Shown piece by piece: positions 8,923 through 18,822 of a stretch of 64,000 nucleotides of DNA. A program made the translations under genes and the position numbers. The notes under the pieces were generated by a model. That model had not been told where the DNA came from. It did not search any database and saw nothing but the letters and a program-made list of their open reading frames with translations. The stretch spans positions 19,254-83,253 of the forward strand of contig CAJUOV010000008.1 in the NCBI GenBank assembly GCA_910588695.1, given 5' to 3'. Source of the DNA: an uncultured Christensenellaceae bacterium. Lineage in GTDB: Bacteria > Bacillota > Clostridia > Christensenellales > Borkfalkiaceae. Position 1 is the first letter of the stretch. Each line of letters begins with the position of its first letter.

Positions 8923-9009
8923 GCAATAATGAGATGTTTGACAAAAATTATTTCCGCCGAAACGGAAGCTCCCGCGCAATTCAGCACGGGAGCTTTTGCA
9001 TGCCAATTT

Positions 9010-11583
9010 TCAAGTGATTATAATTTCTTTTCCGTCGTAGTCGATCGTGAGCTTGCTTCCCTCCTTAGGCGGATCGGAAACAATTCTTCTTGCAACGGGC
9101 GTCTCGATCTTCGACTGAATAAACCGCTTCAACGGTCTTGCGCCGTAAACGGGATCATATCCGCCGTCGGAAATATACGCCTTTGCCCGATCGGTCACTT
9201 CAAGCAGAAGATTTTCTCCTTTCAGACGGTTTTGAAGCCGCCCGATGAGAATATCAACGATCTTGTCGATTTCAGATTGCGAAAGCGGTTTGAATGTTAC
9301 GATTTCGTCCAGCCGATTCAAAAACTCGGGACGGAAACTGCGTTTCAGAAGCTCGCTTACTGCTTTCTGCGCGGCGGGCGTGATCTCTTCGCCCTCGATC
9401 CCCTCCATAATGAGATCGGAACCGAGATTGGAAGTTAAAATAATGATCGTATTTTTGAAATCGACCGTTCTGCCCTGCGAATCGGTCACTCTGCCGTCGT
9501 CGAGTATCTGCAACAGAATATTGAATACATCGGGGTGCGCCTTTTCGATTTCGTCGAACAACACGATAGAATAGGGCTTTCTGCGCACGGCTTCGGTGAG
9601 CGTGCCGCCCTCTTCGTATCCGACGTATCCGGGAGGCGCGCCGACAAGACGGGAGACGGAAAATTTTTCCATATACTCCGACATATCGATTCTGACAAGA
9701 TTTCTTTCGTCGTCAAAAAGATTTTCCGCAAGCGACTTTGCAAGCTCCGTTTTACCCACGCCCGTAGGACCGAGAAACAAAAACGACCCGATGGGACGGT
9801 TGGGATCGGAGATTCCCGCGCGCGCCCTCAAAATCGCGTCGGAAACCTTTCTGACCGCCTCGTCCTGCCCGACGACCCGTTTATGAAGTTCCTCCCCGAG
9901 ACGCAAAAGTTTTTCTCTCTCGCCCTCTTCGAGCCTCTTTACGGGGATTCCCGTCCAGCGGGATACGATCACGTCGATCTCGTTTTTTGTTACTTCGTCT
10001 TGAAGCATACGCTTCTCTTTATTGTTCTTGCGCGCCGCTTCGAGCTTCTTTTCAAGTTCCGGAAGTTCACCGAATTCGATGCGCCCCGCCGTACTGTAAT
10101 CGCCATGCGTTTTGGCGTTTTCAAGATCGCCGCGCAGAGAATCGATCTTCTCTTTGAGCTCTTTCTCATCACGAATGCGGTCTTTTTCCTCTTCCCAGAC
10201 TACTTTCATAGAATCGAACTGCTCTTTGAGTTTATTCAACTCCTCTTTCAGAATTTGCAGACGCGCGCACGACACCTCGTCCTTTTCCTTGGAGAGCGCG
10301 TTCTCCTCCACTTCGAGTTGAATGATTTTACGGTTCATCGAATCCAGTTCGGCGGGCATGGAATCGATCTCTGTGCGGATCATCGCCGCCGCCTCGTCCA
10401 CGAGATCGATCGCCTTATCCGGCAGAAACCGATCGGAAATATAACGGTTCGAAAGAGTCGCCGCCGCAATGAGCGCGTCGTCATGAATGCGGACGCCGTG
10501 GAAAATTTCAAAGCGTTCTTTGAGCCCGCGTAAAATTGAGACCGTATCCTCTACCGTCGGCTCGCCCACCAGAACAGGCTGGAACCTGCGTTCCAATGCC
10601 GCGTCTTTCTCGATGTACTGGCGGTATTCGTCGAGCGTCGTCGCGCCGATACAATGCAGCTCTCCCCGCGCAAGCAACGGTTTCAAGATATTCCCCGCGT
10701 CGAGCGCGCCTTCGCCCTTTCCCGCGCCGACGACGGTGTGCAGTTCGTCGATAAAAAGCAGAATCTTTCCCTCGGATTTCGTCACTTCGGCAAGCACCGC
10801 TTTCAGACGCTCCTCAAATTCTCCTCTGTACTTCGCGCCCGCGATGAGCGCGCCCACATCGAGCGAAAAAAGCGTTCTCTCTTTCAGCCCCTCCGGCACG
10901 TCTCCCTTGACGATCCGCTGGGCGAGCCCTTCGGCGATCGCAGTTTTTCCGACTCCCGGCTCGCCGATCAGAACGGGATTGTTTTTTGTTTTTCTCGAAA
11001 GAATCCGAATGACGTTTCTGATCTCCTCGTCCCTGCCGATCACCGGCTCCAATTTATGTTCGGAAGCCCGCTTCGTCAGATCGCTTCCGTATTTTTCAAG
11101 CGCCTCGTAGGTGCTTTCGGGGTCGTCGCTCTTTACGTTCTGCGTACCGCGCACCGCTTTCAACCCCTTCAAAAATTTGTCTTTCGTCACTCCGAAACGG
11201 AGTAACACCTTATCGAGCCCCCGTTCCGCATTATCAAACAGGCATAAAAAGAGATGCTCCGCCGAGACGTACTCGTCATTCATGCCCGCCGCAAGTTTAT
11301 CCGCCTCTGCAAGTAATCTTCTTAATGAAGCGGAGGGATACGCCTCTCCCGCGCCCGAACCGGAGACGCGCGGCAGACGTTTTACCTCTTCTTTAACGGC
11401 ATGTTCGAGCCCCTCTCCGTCGCAACCCGCTTTTTGCAGCATGCGGCGGGGAGCGCCGTCTTTTGCAAGGAGCGCCGCGGCAAGGTGCAGAGTCGTCAGC
11501 TCCGGATTGGAATATTCCGTCGCCAGCGACTGCGCGTTTTCGATTGCTTTTACCGAATTTTTCGTATAACGATCTGCGTTCAC
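9010..11583 (-). CDS. clpB: ATP-dependent chaperone ClpB
   Basis: 857 aa with two AAA+ modules (GEPGVGKT and GPTGVGKT Walker A motifs), a long coiled-coil middle domain and a Clp N-domain. GTG start with a GGGAGG SD. Confidence 0.95.
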   Translation of the reverse strand: MNADRYTKNSVKAIENAQSLATEYSNPELTTLHLAAALLAKDGAPRRMLQKAGCDGEGLEHAVKEEVKRLPRVSGSGAGEAYPSASLRRLLAEADKLAAGMNDEYVSAEHLFLCLFDNAERGLDKVLLRFGVTKDKFLKGLKAVRGTQNVKSDDPESTYEALEKYGSDLTKRASEHKLEPVIGRDEEIRNVIRILSRKTKNNPVLIGEPGVGKTAIAEGLAQRIVKGDVPEGLKERTLFSLDVGALIAGAKYRGEFEERLKAVLAEVTKSEGKILLFIDELHTVVGAGKGEGALDAGNILKPLLARGELHCIGATTLDEYRQYIEKDAALERRFQPVLVGEPTVEDTVSILRGLKERFEIFHGVRIHDDALIAAATLSNRYISDRFLPDKAIDLVDEAAAMIRTEIDSMPAELDSMNRKIIQLEVEENALSKEKDEVSCARLQILKEELNKLKEQFDSMKVVWEEEKDRIRDEKELKEKIDSLRGDLENAKTHGDYSTAGRIEFGELPELEKKLEAARKNNKEKRMLQDEVTKNEIDVIVSRWTGIPVKRLEEGEREKLLRLGEELHKRVVGQDEAVRKVSDAILRARAGISDPNRPIGSFLFLGPTGVGKTELAKSLAENLFDDERNLVRIDMSEYMEKFSVSRLVGAPPGYVGYEEGGTLTEAVRRKPYSIVLFDEIEKAHPDVFNILLQILDDGRVTDSQGRTVDFKNTIIILTSNLGSDLIMEGIEGEEITPAAQKAVSELLKRSFRPEFLNRLDEIVTFKPLSQSEIDKIVDILIGRLQNRLKGENLLLEVTDRAKAYISDGGYDPVYGARPLKRFIQSKIETPVARRIVSDPPKEGSKLTIDYDGKEIIIT

Positions 11584-11666
11584 TTTTCCGAACCTCCCGT
11601 ATTTTGTTCTTTTCGCTTCTATTATACCGCAGAATGAAAAGGATTAAACGGCGGAACGGCGCAAAA

Positions 11667-12650
11667 TCATTTCTTATTTTTGCCTTTTGCATGCATGATC
11701 GTAATAATAATCAGGCAAAGAATTCCGCCGACGGGAAAAGCAACCCATGCCGAATTCCACCAATTTCCGATCGCCCCGAAGAGAAGAAAAAGCGCCGTCG
11801 CAATCATCATGATCACTCCGCAGATCACGCCTTGCTGCTTTTGACGGGGAGTCGGATATTCTTTTCCGTCCCGCCCGTTGTATCCCTCGACGTTATATTT
11901 GACGCGCTGGATCAAAAGGCAGACGAGTCCGCCCAAAATCGAAGCGAACACGAAAAAGAACGCCGCAGCCACATAACAGATCGCCTCTCCGATATTTCTT
12001 GCGGCAATCACGCCCGAACTGACGAGAGCGGTAAAGACGATCAAAAAAACGAGATTCAGAAATATTGCGGACGCAAGGCAAGAAATTCCGACTGCAAACC
12101 GCTTTTGAAACCTTTTCAAATTCTCTTCGCCGAAACCTCCGTTCAGAACGGGATTTTCTTTTATAAATCTCTTATGCTTCAATCGCGCGTACACAAAACA
12201 AAATACCGACGCGGCAAAGAACAACAGCACCGACGACGCGCCCAGACTTTCAATCACAACGAGATAGCGGTCTGAGAAGGTCTGCGCAAACCCGACGAGC
12301 GCTACGCACACGGCGATGCCGAAGAATAAAAAGAATGCGCCGAGCGATAATCCGACCATATATCTGTTCATGTGGCGCGCATAAACTCCGATCTCGGCGC
12401 CTGCGGGCGTTTCCTCCCCAACGTCTGGATTTTCCGTCTCTTCCGAATCGGTAACCGATCCCTGCATCATCACGTCGATCGACACCGAAAACAAATCGCT
12501 GAGAGAGATCAGTTTGTCCGTTTCGGGATAGGCTTCTCCCGTCTCCCATTTCGAAACGGATTGGCGGGACACGCCGAGGCGGTCGGCAAGTTCTTCCTGC
12601 GTGATCTGATCCCGTTTCCTCAGACGTCGCAGATTTTCTGCAAAATTCAT
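11667..12650 (-). CDS. Membrane-anchored XRE-family HTH protein
   Basis: The N-terminus (NLRRLRKRDQITQEELADRLGVSRQSVSKWETGEAYPETDKLISLSDLF) is a Cro/C1-type HTH, followed by several predicted TM helices. ATG at 12650 with a GGAGGA SD. Confidence 0.75.
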   Translation of the reverse strand: MNFAENLRRLRKRDQITQEELADRLGVSRQSVSKWETGEAYPETDKLISLSDLFSVSIDVMMQGSVTDSEETENPDVGEETPAGAEIGVYARHMNRYMVGLSLGAFFLFFGIAVCVALVGFAQTFSDRYLVVIESLGASSVLLFFAASVFCFVYARLKHKRFIKENPVLNGGFGEENLKRFQKRFAVGISCLASAIFLNLVFLIVFTALVSSGVIAARNIGEAICYVAAAFFFVFASILGGLVCLLIQRVKYNVEGYNGRDGKEYPTPRQKQQGVICGVIMMIATALFLLFGAIGNWWNSAWVAFPVGGILCLIIITIMHAKGKNKK

Positions 12651-12774
12651 AAATTCCTCCAAAAGTGGATTTTTTTCTTATTATAAGCGTGCACGGAATA
12701 ACGATCAACCAACTTTCGTTTGCAACGACGATTTTTTGCGCAACTTGCGGTTGCATTTTTGATTTTTTACAAAA

Positions 12775-12812
12775 AAAGCGCACCGTAGGATTACGGCGCG
12801 TCAGATGACACA
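12775..12812 (-). terminator. Terminator downstream of yigZ
   Basis: Imperfect hairpin gcgcaccgta/tacggcgcg, followed on the minus strand by TTTTTTT. Confidence 0.5.
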
Positions 12813-12815
12813 AGA

Positions 12816-13436
12816 TTACCCGCAAGGAAAAAATCCGGTTTCTCCCCTTTTGATTTCCGCTCTGCCGCGGAATTCGTTGCGAACGGCAGAAATAAACAAT
12901 TCTTCTTCACATGTTCTTACGCGGAATAAAAACAATGTTTTTTCGCCGTACTCCCGCCCCGTCACGATTTTGTTCTCCGCAAAGCGGGCGAGCGTTTTTC
13001 CGTCGGAATAGGAAACGCCGACCCCGATCGTCACGCATTCGTCGAACAAAGAAATACGGGCGCTTTGTACCGCTTCCGCCGCGCCTGTTGCGTAAGCGCG
13101 CGTAAGTCCGCCCGCGCCCAGCTTGATCCCCCCGAAATAGCGAACGGTTGCGACGAGCGTTTCAAACAGTTTTTTTGCTCTCAGCACGCCCAAGATCGGC
13201 ATACCCGCCGTACCCTGCGGTTCGCCATCGTCGGAAAAACGGACGACGTTCCCCACGCGGTCGGCGACAAACGCATAGCAGATATGCGTTGCAAGCGGAT
13301 GCTTTTCGCGAAGCAGCGCAAGATACGCCCGCGCCTCTTCTTCGCTTTCGACATGCACGGCATAAGTTAAAAACCGCGACTTTTCGATCACGCGCTCGCA
13401 CTCCGCGCCGCTTAAAATGCTCAGATATGCCGCCAT
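12816..13436 (-). CDS. yigZ: YigZ / IMPACT-family protein (UPF0029)
   Basis: Contains EKSRFLTYA...HICYAF...RFSDDGEPQGTAGMPILGVL, which matches the conserved IMPACT N-domain pattern. Confidence 0.8.
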   Translation of the reverse strand: MAAYLSILSGAECERVIEKSRFLTYAVHVESEEEARAYLALLREKHPLATHICYAFVADRVGNVVRFSDDGEPQGTAGMPILGVLRAKKLFETLVATVRYFGGIKLGAGGLTRAYATGAAEAVQSARISLFDECVTIGVGVSYSDGKTLARFAENKIVTGREYGEKTLFLFRVRTCEEELFISAVRNEFRGRAEIKRGETGFFPCG

Positions 13437-13437
13437 C

Positions 13438-14631
13438 TCAGGACAAAACGATTTTCATTCGGACCTTCTTTCCCTTTGCAAGAATAAAATCCTCTCGGGG
13501 AATCGGGGAGTTCCCGTCCGTTACCCGTTCGCCGTTGACGCTCACGCCGCCCTGCTCGATAAGCCGCCGCGCTTCGCCGTTCGACTTGCAAAGTCCCGCC
13601 GCAACGAGGGCGCCGATGAGATTGGAAGTCGATTTATCGATAGACTTTACGGGCATATCACCATCGCCGCCGAACGCGCCGCGCGCTTCCGACTGCGCCT
13701 TGTCTGCCTTTTCCTGCCCGTGCACCGTTTTTGTAAGTTCGTAGGCAAGCACTTCCTTCGCGCGGTTCATGCGCTCGTCCTTGTATTTCGTCAGCTCCGC
13801 GATCTTGTCGAGCGGCAAGAAAGTCAGAAGTTTCAGACACTTCTCCACATCCGCATCGGCTGTATTGCGCCAATATTGGTAGAAATCGTAGGGGCTCGTC
13901 TTGTTTTCGTCGAGCCACACCGCGCCTTTCTGCGTTTTGCCCATCTTTTTCCCCTCGCTCGTCGTAAGCAGAGTAAAGGTCATCGCAAACGCGCTCTTTT
14001 GCTCCTTGCGGCGGATTAGATCGGCTCCTGCCAGAATATTGCTCCACTGATCGTCGCCGCCCAATTCCAAAAGACAGCCGTATTTACGGTTGAGCACCAA
14101 AAAGTCATAAGCCTGCATGAGCATATAATTGAATTCGAGGAACGATAGTCCCTTTTCCATACGCGATTTGAAACACTCCGCCGTGAGCATTTTATTCACG
14201 GAGAAATGCACGCCGATCTCGCGCAGAAAGTCGATATAGTTGAGATCGAGAAGCCAATCGGCGTTGTTCACGATCACCGCGCCGTTCTCCCCCTCGAAAC
14301 TGACGAATTTCGACATCTGTTTTTTGAAACACTCTACATGATATGCGACCGTCTCTTTCGTCATCATCGAACGCATATCCGTTCTGCCCGAGGGATCGCC
14401 CACCATCGCGGTGCCGCCGCCGATGAGAATAATGGGCTTATGCCCCGCGTCCTGCATGTGTTTCATCGCAACGAGCTGCATAAAATGCCCGACGTGAAGA
14501 CTGTCCGCCGTGGGATCGAAACCGATATAAAACGGAACGCTCTCCTTTGAAAGTTTTTCATAGAGCTCATCTTCATAGACCGTCTGTTTAATAAACCCGC
14601 GCGCACGCAAAGTGTCCATTACGTTTTTCAT
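13438..14631 (-). CDS. tyrS: Tyrosine--tRNA ligase
   Basis: Class I HIGH-type (LHVGH) and KMSKS-type (KMGKT) motifs with a C-terminal S4-like domain. 397 aa. Confidence 0.95.
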   Translation of the reverse strand: MKNVMDTLRARGFIKQTVYEDELYEKLSKESVPFYIGFDPTADSLHVGHFMQLVAMKHMQDAGHKPIILIGGGTAMVGDPSGRTDMRSMMTKETVAYHVECFKKQMSKFVSFEGENGAVIVNNADWLLDLNYIDFLREIGVHFSVNKMLTAECFKSRMEKGLSFLEFNYMLMQAYDFLVLNRKYGCLLELGGDDQWSNILAGADLIRRKEQKSAFAMTFTLLTTSEGKKMGKTQKGAVWLDENKTSPYDFYQYWRNTADADVEKCLKLLTFLPLDKIAELTKYKDERMNRAKEVLAYELTKTVHGQEKADKAQSEARGAFGGDGDMPVKSIDKSTSNLIGALVAAGLCKSNGEARRLIEQGGVSVNGERVTDGNSPIPREDFILAKGKKVRMKIVLS

Positions 14632-14855
14632 AATAAAACCTCGTTATCTGCCATTATAGACTGTGCGGAATGATTTGTCAATAAAATTTCGCTGCCGCCG
14701 CAATCGCTCCGTAAATTCGCAAGCTCGGCAAGACGGCTGAACATTTCATCGCGCGAACAGGGACGCAAAAGCCTCGATTTCAAAATAAGATTCTGGCGTT
14801 CACGCTCTCTGAGGTTGTAATCTTCAATCATTTTTTCATAACATATCTGACTCAT
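14628..14855 (-). CDS. Hypothetical small protein (75 aa). Uncertain; it may instead be a non-coding leader.
   Basis: [33 protein letters not shown]... ends in an ATGA overlap with the tyrS start. It has no SD, and a consensus tyrS promoter lies inside its 3' part. Confidence 0.2.
   Translation of the reverse strand: MSQICYEKMIEDYNLRERERQNLILKSRLLRPCSRDEMFSRLAELANLRSDCGGSEILLTNHSAQSIMADNEVLL
14653..14681 (-). promoter_or_regulatory. tyrS promoter
   Basis: Reverse strand reads TTGACA-aatcattccgcacagtc-TATAAT (perfect consensus, N17), about 20 nt upstream of the tyrS ATG. Confidence 0.7.
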
Positions 14856-14880
14856 TGTATTTTGATTATACAAATTATAG

Positions 14881-14909
14881 TTGACAAATATTGTCATATA
14901 TGTTAAAAT
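14881..14909 (+). promoter_or_regulatory. Promoter of the WYL regulator gene
   Basis: TTGACA (14881-14886), N17, TAAAAT (14904-14909). Confidence 0.65.
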
Positions 14910-14943
14910 ATTTTTAAGAAAATATATCAAGCGAGAAAAAAAT

Positions 14944-15873
14944 ATGAAATTTCAGATCATGCTCGGGATTTTATTTACCTTATTGGCGCGGCGAAAAGTG
15001 AGCGCGGGATACCTTGCGAATAAATACGGCGTTTCGGTGCGGTCGATCTATCGCTATGTAGACGAAATGTCGATTTCGGGCGTTCCCGTAACGGTTTTAC
15101 GCGGTCCGCACGGCGGGATCTGTATTTCGGACGCGTTCACCCTGCCCAAAGGTCTTTTGACGAAAGAGGAATACGCAAAAGCGCTCGACTGCCTGCTCGC
15201 CATGAACGAGCAACTGCACGACGAAGTTTTGGACGACGTGATCGAAAAATTCAAACGTACCGAAAAAGCCGCGGAACGGGATGCGGAAATTACGGGAAAC
15301 ATCTTAGTCGACGGCGGAACGTGGGGCGACGAACGGAAATTTTCCGACCTTATTGCCTTTTTCTCCCGCGCCGCAGAAGAGAGAGAATCTCTCGCGATTG
15401 AATACGCCGACCGCGGCGGCGAAAGAACGAACCGAGTGATCCTGCCTCACTTAATGGTACTCAAACAGAACGTCTGGTACGTCTACGCTTACTGCAACCT
15501 GCGCGGCGGCTTCCGCCTCTTTAAGCTCGGCAGAGTCCGCTCCGTCCGCAAAACGGGCGAAACGTTCGAGCGCATTACCTTTCGCCGTGAAGACATTCCC
15601 CTCTCTTTTTGGAAAGCTCAGAAAGAAGCGGACGCCAAATTCAAAATTTCTCCCGAACGTCTGCCCTTCGCCGAGGAGTGGCTGGGAGTCGCAAACGTCT
15701 ACGAACAGAACGGAGAATACTTCGCGGAAGCCATTCTCCCCGACGACGAATCGCTCGTCGGCAAAATTTTATCGGCAGGTGCGGGTTTTACCGTGCTCTC
15801 CCCCGCCTCCCTCGTTGAAAAAGTCCGTGCAGAAACCGCAAAGATCTTTGCTTGTTATGAAATAAATTCCTGA
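14944..15873 (+). CDS. YafY-family transcriptional regulator (HTH plus WYL domain)
   Basis: N-terminal HTH (YLANKYGVSVRSIYRYVDEMSISGVPV) and a central WYL-type motif (NVWYVYAYCNLRGGFRLFKLGRV). ATG at 14944. Confidence 0.8.
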   Translation: MKFQIMLGILFTLLARRKVSAGYLANKYGVSVRSIYRYVDEMSISGVPVTVLRGPHGGICISDAFTLPKGLLTKEEYAKALDCLLAMNEQLHDEVLDDVIEKFKRTEKAAERDAEITGNILVDGGTWGDERKFSDLIAFFSRAAEERESLAIEYADRGGERTNRVILPHLMVLKQNVWYVYAYCNLRGGFRLFKLGRVRSVRKTGETFERITFRREDIPLSFWKAQKEADAKFKISPERLPFAEEWLGVANVYEQNGEYFAEAILPDDESLVGKILSAGAGFTVLSPASLVEKVRAETAKIFACYEINS

Positions 15874-15988
15874 CAACAGACCTCGCAATCGATAGAAAAC
15901 CATAATAAAAAATCTCGCATGCGTCGCGTTCGTGATCGGAAAAGCAATCATTCATTAAAATCTAAAACGAATTTTTACAGTCAAACAA

Positions 15989-16036
15989 ATAGCGCGCTGA
16001 TTCGATTAAGAAATACAGCGCGCTATATTTTTTGTT
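15989..16036. terminator. Bidirectional terminator between convergent genes
   Basis: 11-bp perfect stem atagcgcgctg / cagcgcgctat followed by TTTTTTGTTTTT. Confidence 0.7.
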
Positions 16037-16069
16037 TTTCAAAATGAAATTTTTAGTAAAAATTTCTAC

Positions 16070-16642
16070 TTAAATTTTATTTGCGATATAAAAAGGACAC
16101 TTGTTTCCCAAGCACTGTTTATTTTGCGATGCAAACGCGCAAATAATTTTATCTGTTTCCATTTCAATACCGTATTTATCTTTTACGAATTTTACTCCGT
16201 ATGAAAGCGACAAAAATGCGTTTCTTTTACAACATCTCGCCCCTCCTATTTTGCTCATCTGAGAAAGAACTGCGGAAGTGTATTCCATATTGTCTTTATA
16301 GTATTCATCTGTGCTTAACGGACTTGTCTTGTGTATAATTGACAGAACCGCCGCAACAGATGACGTTGAACCGCAAATACCCCAATAAGCGCACATCGCT
16401 CCCGGCATTTTTGCCGCTCTATTTTCAAGTTCATTCAAACACTCTTCAAGACTAAATTTACCCCCTGCATTTCTCATAGCAGTTGCAAACGCAGCACCGT
16501 CGAGAAAATGATGCTCGGGTCCGTGAATGTTTATATAGTCTTTGCACATCATTTCTTTAATAATTGCTACGGGATTTTTAGAAGTGCACTTGACAATGTC
16601 GCGTTTTATCAAACTGAACTTATCTTGTAATGTGTATTCCAT
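16070..16642 (-). CDS. Cys-rich protein of unknown function (resembles DUF5714 from memory)
   Basis: Motifs HGPEHH, MPGAMCAYWGICG, GGARCCKRN and C..NKCPF. ATG at 16642. The gene is visibly AT-rich relative to its flanks. Confidence 0.5.
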   Translation of the reverse strand: MEYTLQDKFSLIKRDIVKCTSKNPVAIIKEMMCKDYINIHGPEHHFLDGAAFATAMRNAGGKFSLEECLNELENRAAKMPGAMCAYWGICGSTSSVAAVLSIIHKTSPLSTDEYYKDNMEYTSAVLSQMSKIGGARCCKRNAFLSLSYGVKFVKDKYGIEMETDKIICAFASQNKQCLGNKCPFYIANKI

Positions 16643-16716
16643 ATAATATATTTTTCTCCGATAAAGTACTGTTTGCTGATCAAACCATGATAAAATCACG
16701 GAAACGGCAAAATTTT

Positions 16717-18717
16717 TTAATTGAGAACTACGTCTTTCAGACTTTCGTATTTCTGCATAGCGGCTTCTCTGATCTTTCCGAGATCGCTTCTTTCGAACGC
16801 CTCGTCGGAAAGCTGTTTTGCAAGAAACACCGCTTCTTTGGGGTACCTCAGATTTTTGATTTCGCTTAAATATTTTCCGCTCTGCCTGGTTCCCAAAAAG
16901 TCGCCGCCGCCTCTGAGTTCCAGATCGCGTTCGGCAAGCTCAAATCCGTCGTTCGTACTCTTAAAAAGCCGTAACCTTTCGTAAGCGCTCTCCGATTCGC
17001 TCCCGACGAGCAGAAAACAATAACTCTTTTCCGCGCCCCGCCCTACTCTGCCGCGAAGCTGGTGCAACTGCGAAAGCCCGAACCGCTCGGCATTGCAGAT
17101 TACCATAATGGTAGCCGACGGCACGTCAACGCCCACTTCGATGACCGTAGTAGAGACAAGACAGTCGTATTCTCCGTTTTTGAACGCCGTCATGACCGCA
17201 GTCTTATCTTTCTCTTTCATGCGTCCGTGCAGCAGGGCAAGCCGCATCGAAGGAAGTCTGCCCCTGAGTTCTTCGAAAAGCTCCGTGACCGACGTTACCT
17301 GCCCCTCGTCATCGTCTATTTTGGCGCAGACGAAATAAGCCTGTTTTCCCTTCTTTGTCTCTTCCGCAATATAGGCAAGCATATCGTCATACTTGTACGC
17401 GGGAATGACCGAAGTGGAAATTTCCTGTCTGCCCTGCGGTTTATCGCCGATCACCGTAATATCGAGATCGCCGTAAAAAATCAATGAAAGAGTGCGCGGA
17501 ATCGGAGTTGCGGACATCACTAAAACATCTACATTTTCTCCTTTTTCGCTCAATATATTGCGTTGCGCCACACCGAAACGGTGCTGTTCGTCGCATACAC
17601 AAAAAGCCAAATCACAAAAAGATACGTCGTCCTGCAATACGGCGTGCGTGCCGCAGAGCACGTCATATTCTCCCGCGGCAAGTTTATATTTCAATTCCCG
17701 TTTTTCCTTTGCCGTACAGGATCCCGCCAGATACGCAACCCTGTACTCGGGGAAAATTTTTTGTAAAAGCCTGAAATTCTGTTCGGCAAGCACTTCTGTC
17801 GGAGAGAGATACGCCGCCTGAAATCCGCTTTTGAGCGCCATAAAAATGCCCGTGAGCGCAACCGCAGTCTTCCCGCTCCCCACGTCGCCCTGCAACAGTC
17901 GGTTCATGCGCACAGGCGATTTTACATTATTGAAGATCGCGCGTACCGCCGCCCGCTGTCCTTGGGTAAACTGAAAGGGAAAACGTTTTTCAAACTCCGA
18001 GACGTCTTCTTCGGTCACAGAATAAACTCTGCCGCGCGCCTCTTTTCTATCGCCCTTAATTAGTTTGAACGCCGAAACAAGCGTAAAATATTCTTCTATT
18101 GCGATCCGTTCGGCTGCTTTTTGCATTTCACGCAGTGATTTTGGGGCATGAATCGCCGAATATGCCTGATTCAACGGCGTAAGCTCGTATTTTTTACAAA
18201 GATCGACGGGAATCACAGAGACTCGCTCTTCCTTATGCAACGCTTTCTGCACCGCGTCGCGCACCGCTTTCTGAGTCAGGGAACCGCATAGCCCGTACAC
18301 CGGAACAAGCCCTTTCAGTCTCGACACTCCGCCAATCGGCTCAAACGTAGGATTGACAAGTGAAATCTGCCCGTACTTATTGCTCACCCGTCCGTAAAAA
18401 AGATACTCCCCCGTTTTCAGGCGACCGGCAAGATATGGCATATTGAACCATACGGCGGTAAAATTATACCCGTCCTGCGAAAGATGCGCCCGTACCGTTT
18501 TCAGCCGCCCCGCATACCGAACAGGCTCCACATAAACGAGCGTGCAAGCGACAAGCGCAAGTTCGTTGTGGTACACATCCCTCACCGAAACCCGATTCGT
18601 CATATCGAGATAGGCGCGCGGAAAATAAGAACACAGCTGCGCCGTAGTCCCGACCCCCAATTTCTTAAATTCTTTTGCGCGTTTTTCTCCGACGCCCGCC
18701 AAAAATTCGATATTCAT
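16717..18717 (-). CDS. recG: ATP-dependent DNA helicase RecG
   Basis: Wedge/OB N-terminal part, then an SF2 helicase core (GDVGSGKT, DEQHRFGV, QLHQLRGRVGRG). 666 aa. Confidence 0.95.
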   Translation of the reverse strand: MNIEFLAGVGEKRAKEFKKLGVGTTAQLCSYFPRAYLDMTNRVSVRDVYHNELALVACTLVYVEPVRYAGRLKTVRAHLSQDGYNFTAVWFNMPYLAGRLKTGEYLFYGRVSNKYGQISLVNPTFEPIGGVSRLKGLVPVYGLCGSLTQKAVRDAVQKALHKEERVSVIPVDLCKKYELTPLNQAYSAIHAPKSLREMQKAAERIAIEEYFTLVSAFKLIKGDRKEARGRVYSVTEEDVSEFEKRFPFQFTQGQRAAVRAIFNNVKSPVRMNRLLQGDVGSGKTAVALTGIFMALKSGFQAAYLSPTEVLAEQNFRLLQKIFPEYRVAYLAGSCTAKEKRELKYKLAAGEYDVLCGTHAVLQDDVSFCDLAFCVCDEQHRFGVAQRNILSEKGENVDVLVMSATPIPRTLSLIFYGDLDITVIGDKPQGRQEISTSVIPAYKYDDMLAYIAEETKKGKQAYFVCAKIDDDEGQVTSVTELFEELRGRLPSMRLALLHGRMKEKDKTAVMTAFKNGEYDCLVSTTVIEVGVDVPSATIMVICNAERFGLSQLHQLRGRVGRGAEKSYCFLLVGSESESAYERLRLFKSTNDGFELAERDLELRGGGDFLGTRQSGKYLSEIKNLRYPKEAVFLAKQLSDEAFERSDLGKIREAAMQKYESLKDVVLN

Positions 18718-18785
18718 TATATTTGAATGTCATATAAATAAGTTCAATATATTTAATATAATTCTTCCGATCCGAAAAATTAAAT

Positions 18786-18820
18786 ATAAAAAAAGAGCGG
18801 GATCCGCCGCTCCTTTTTTT
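18786..18820 (-). terminator. Terminator downstream of yloV
   Basis: Hairpin gagcgg-gatccg-ccgctc flanked by A7/T7 runs. Confidence 0.6.
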
Positions 18821-18822
18821 AT

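Noticed and set aside
14632-14900. Expected T-box riboswitch upstream of tyrS
   Set aside because: There is no GGGUGGUACCGCG-like T-box sequence and no terminator/antiterminator pair. AGAGAG and UAC occur, but in the wrong order for Stem I.
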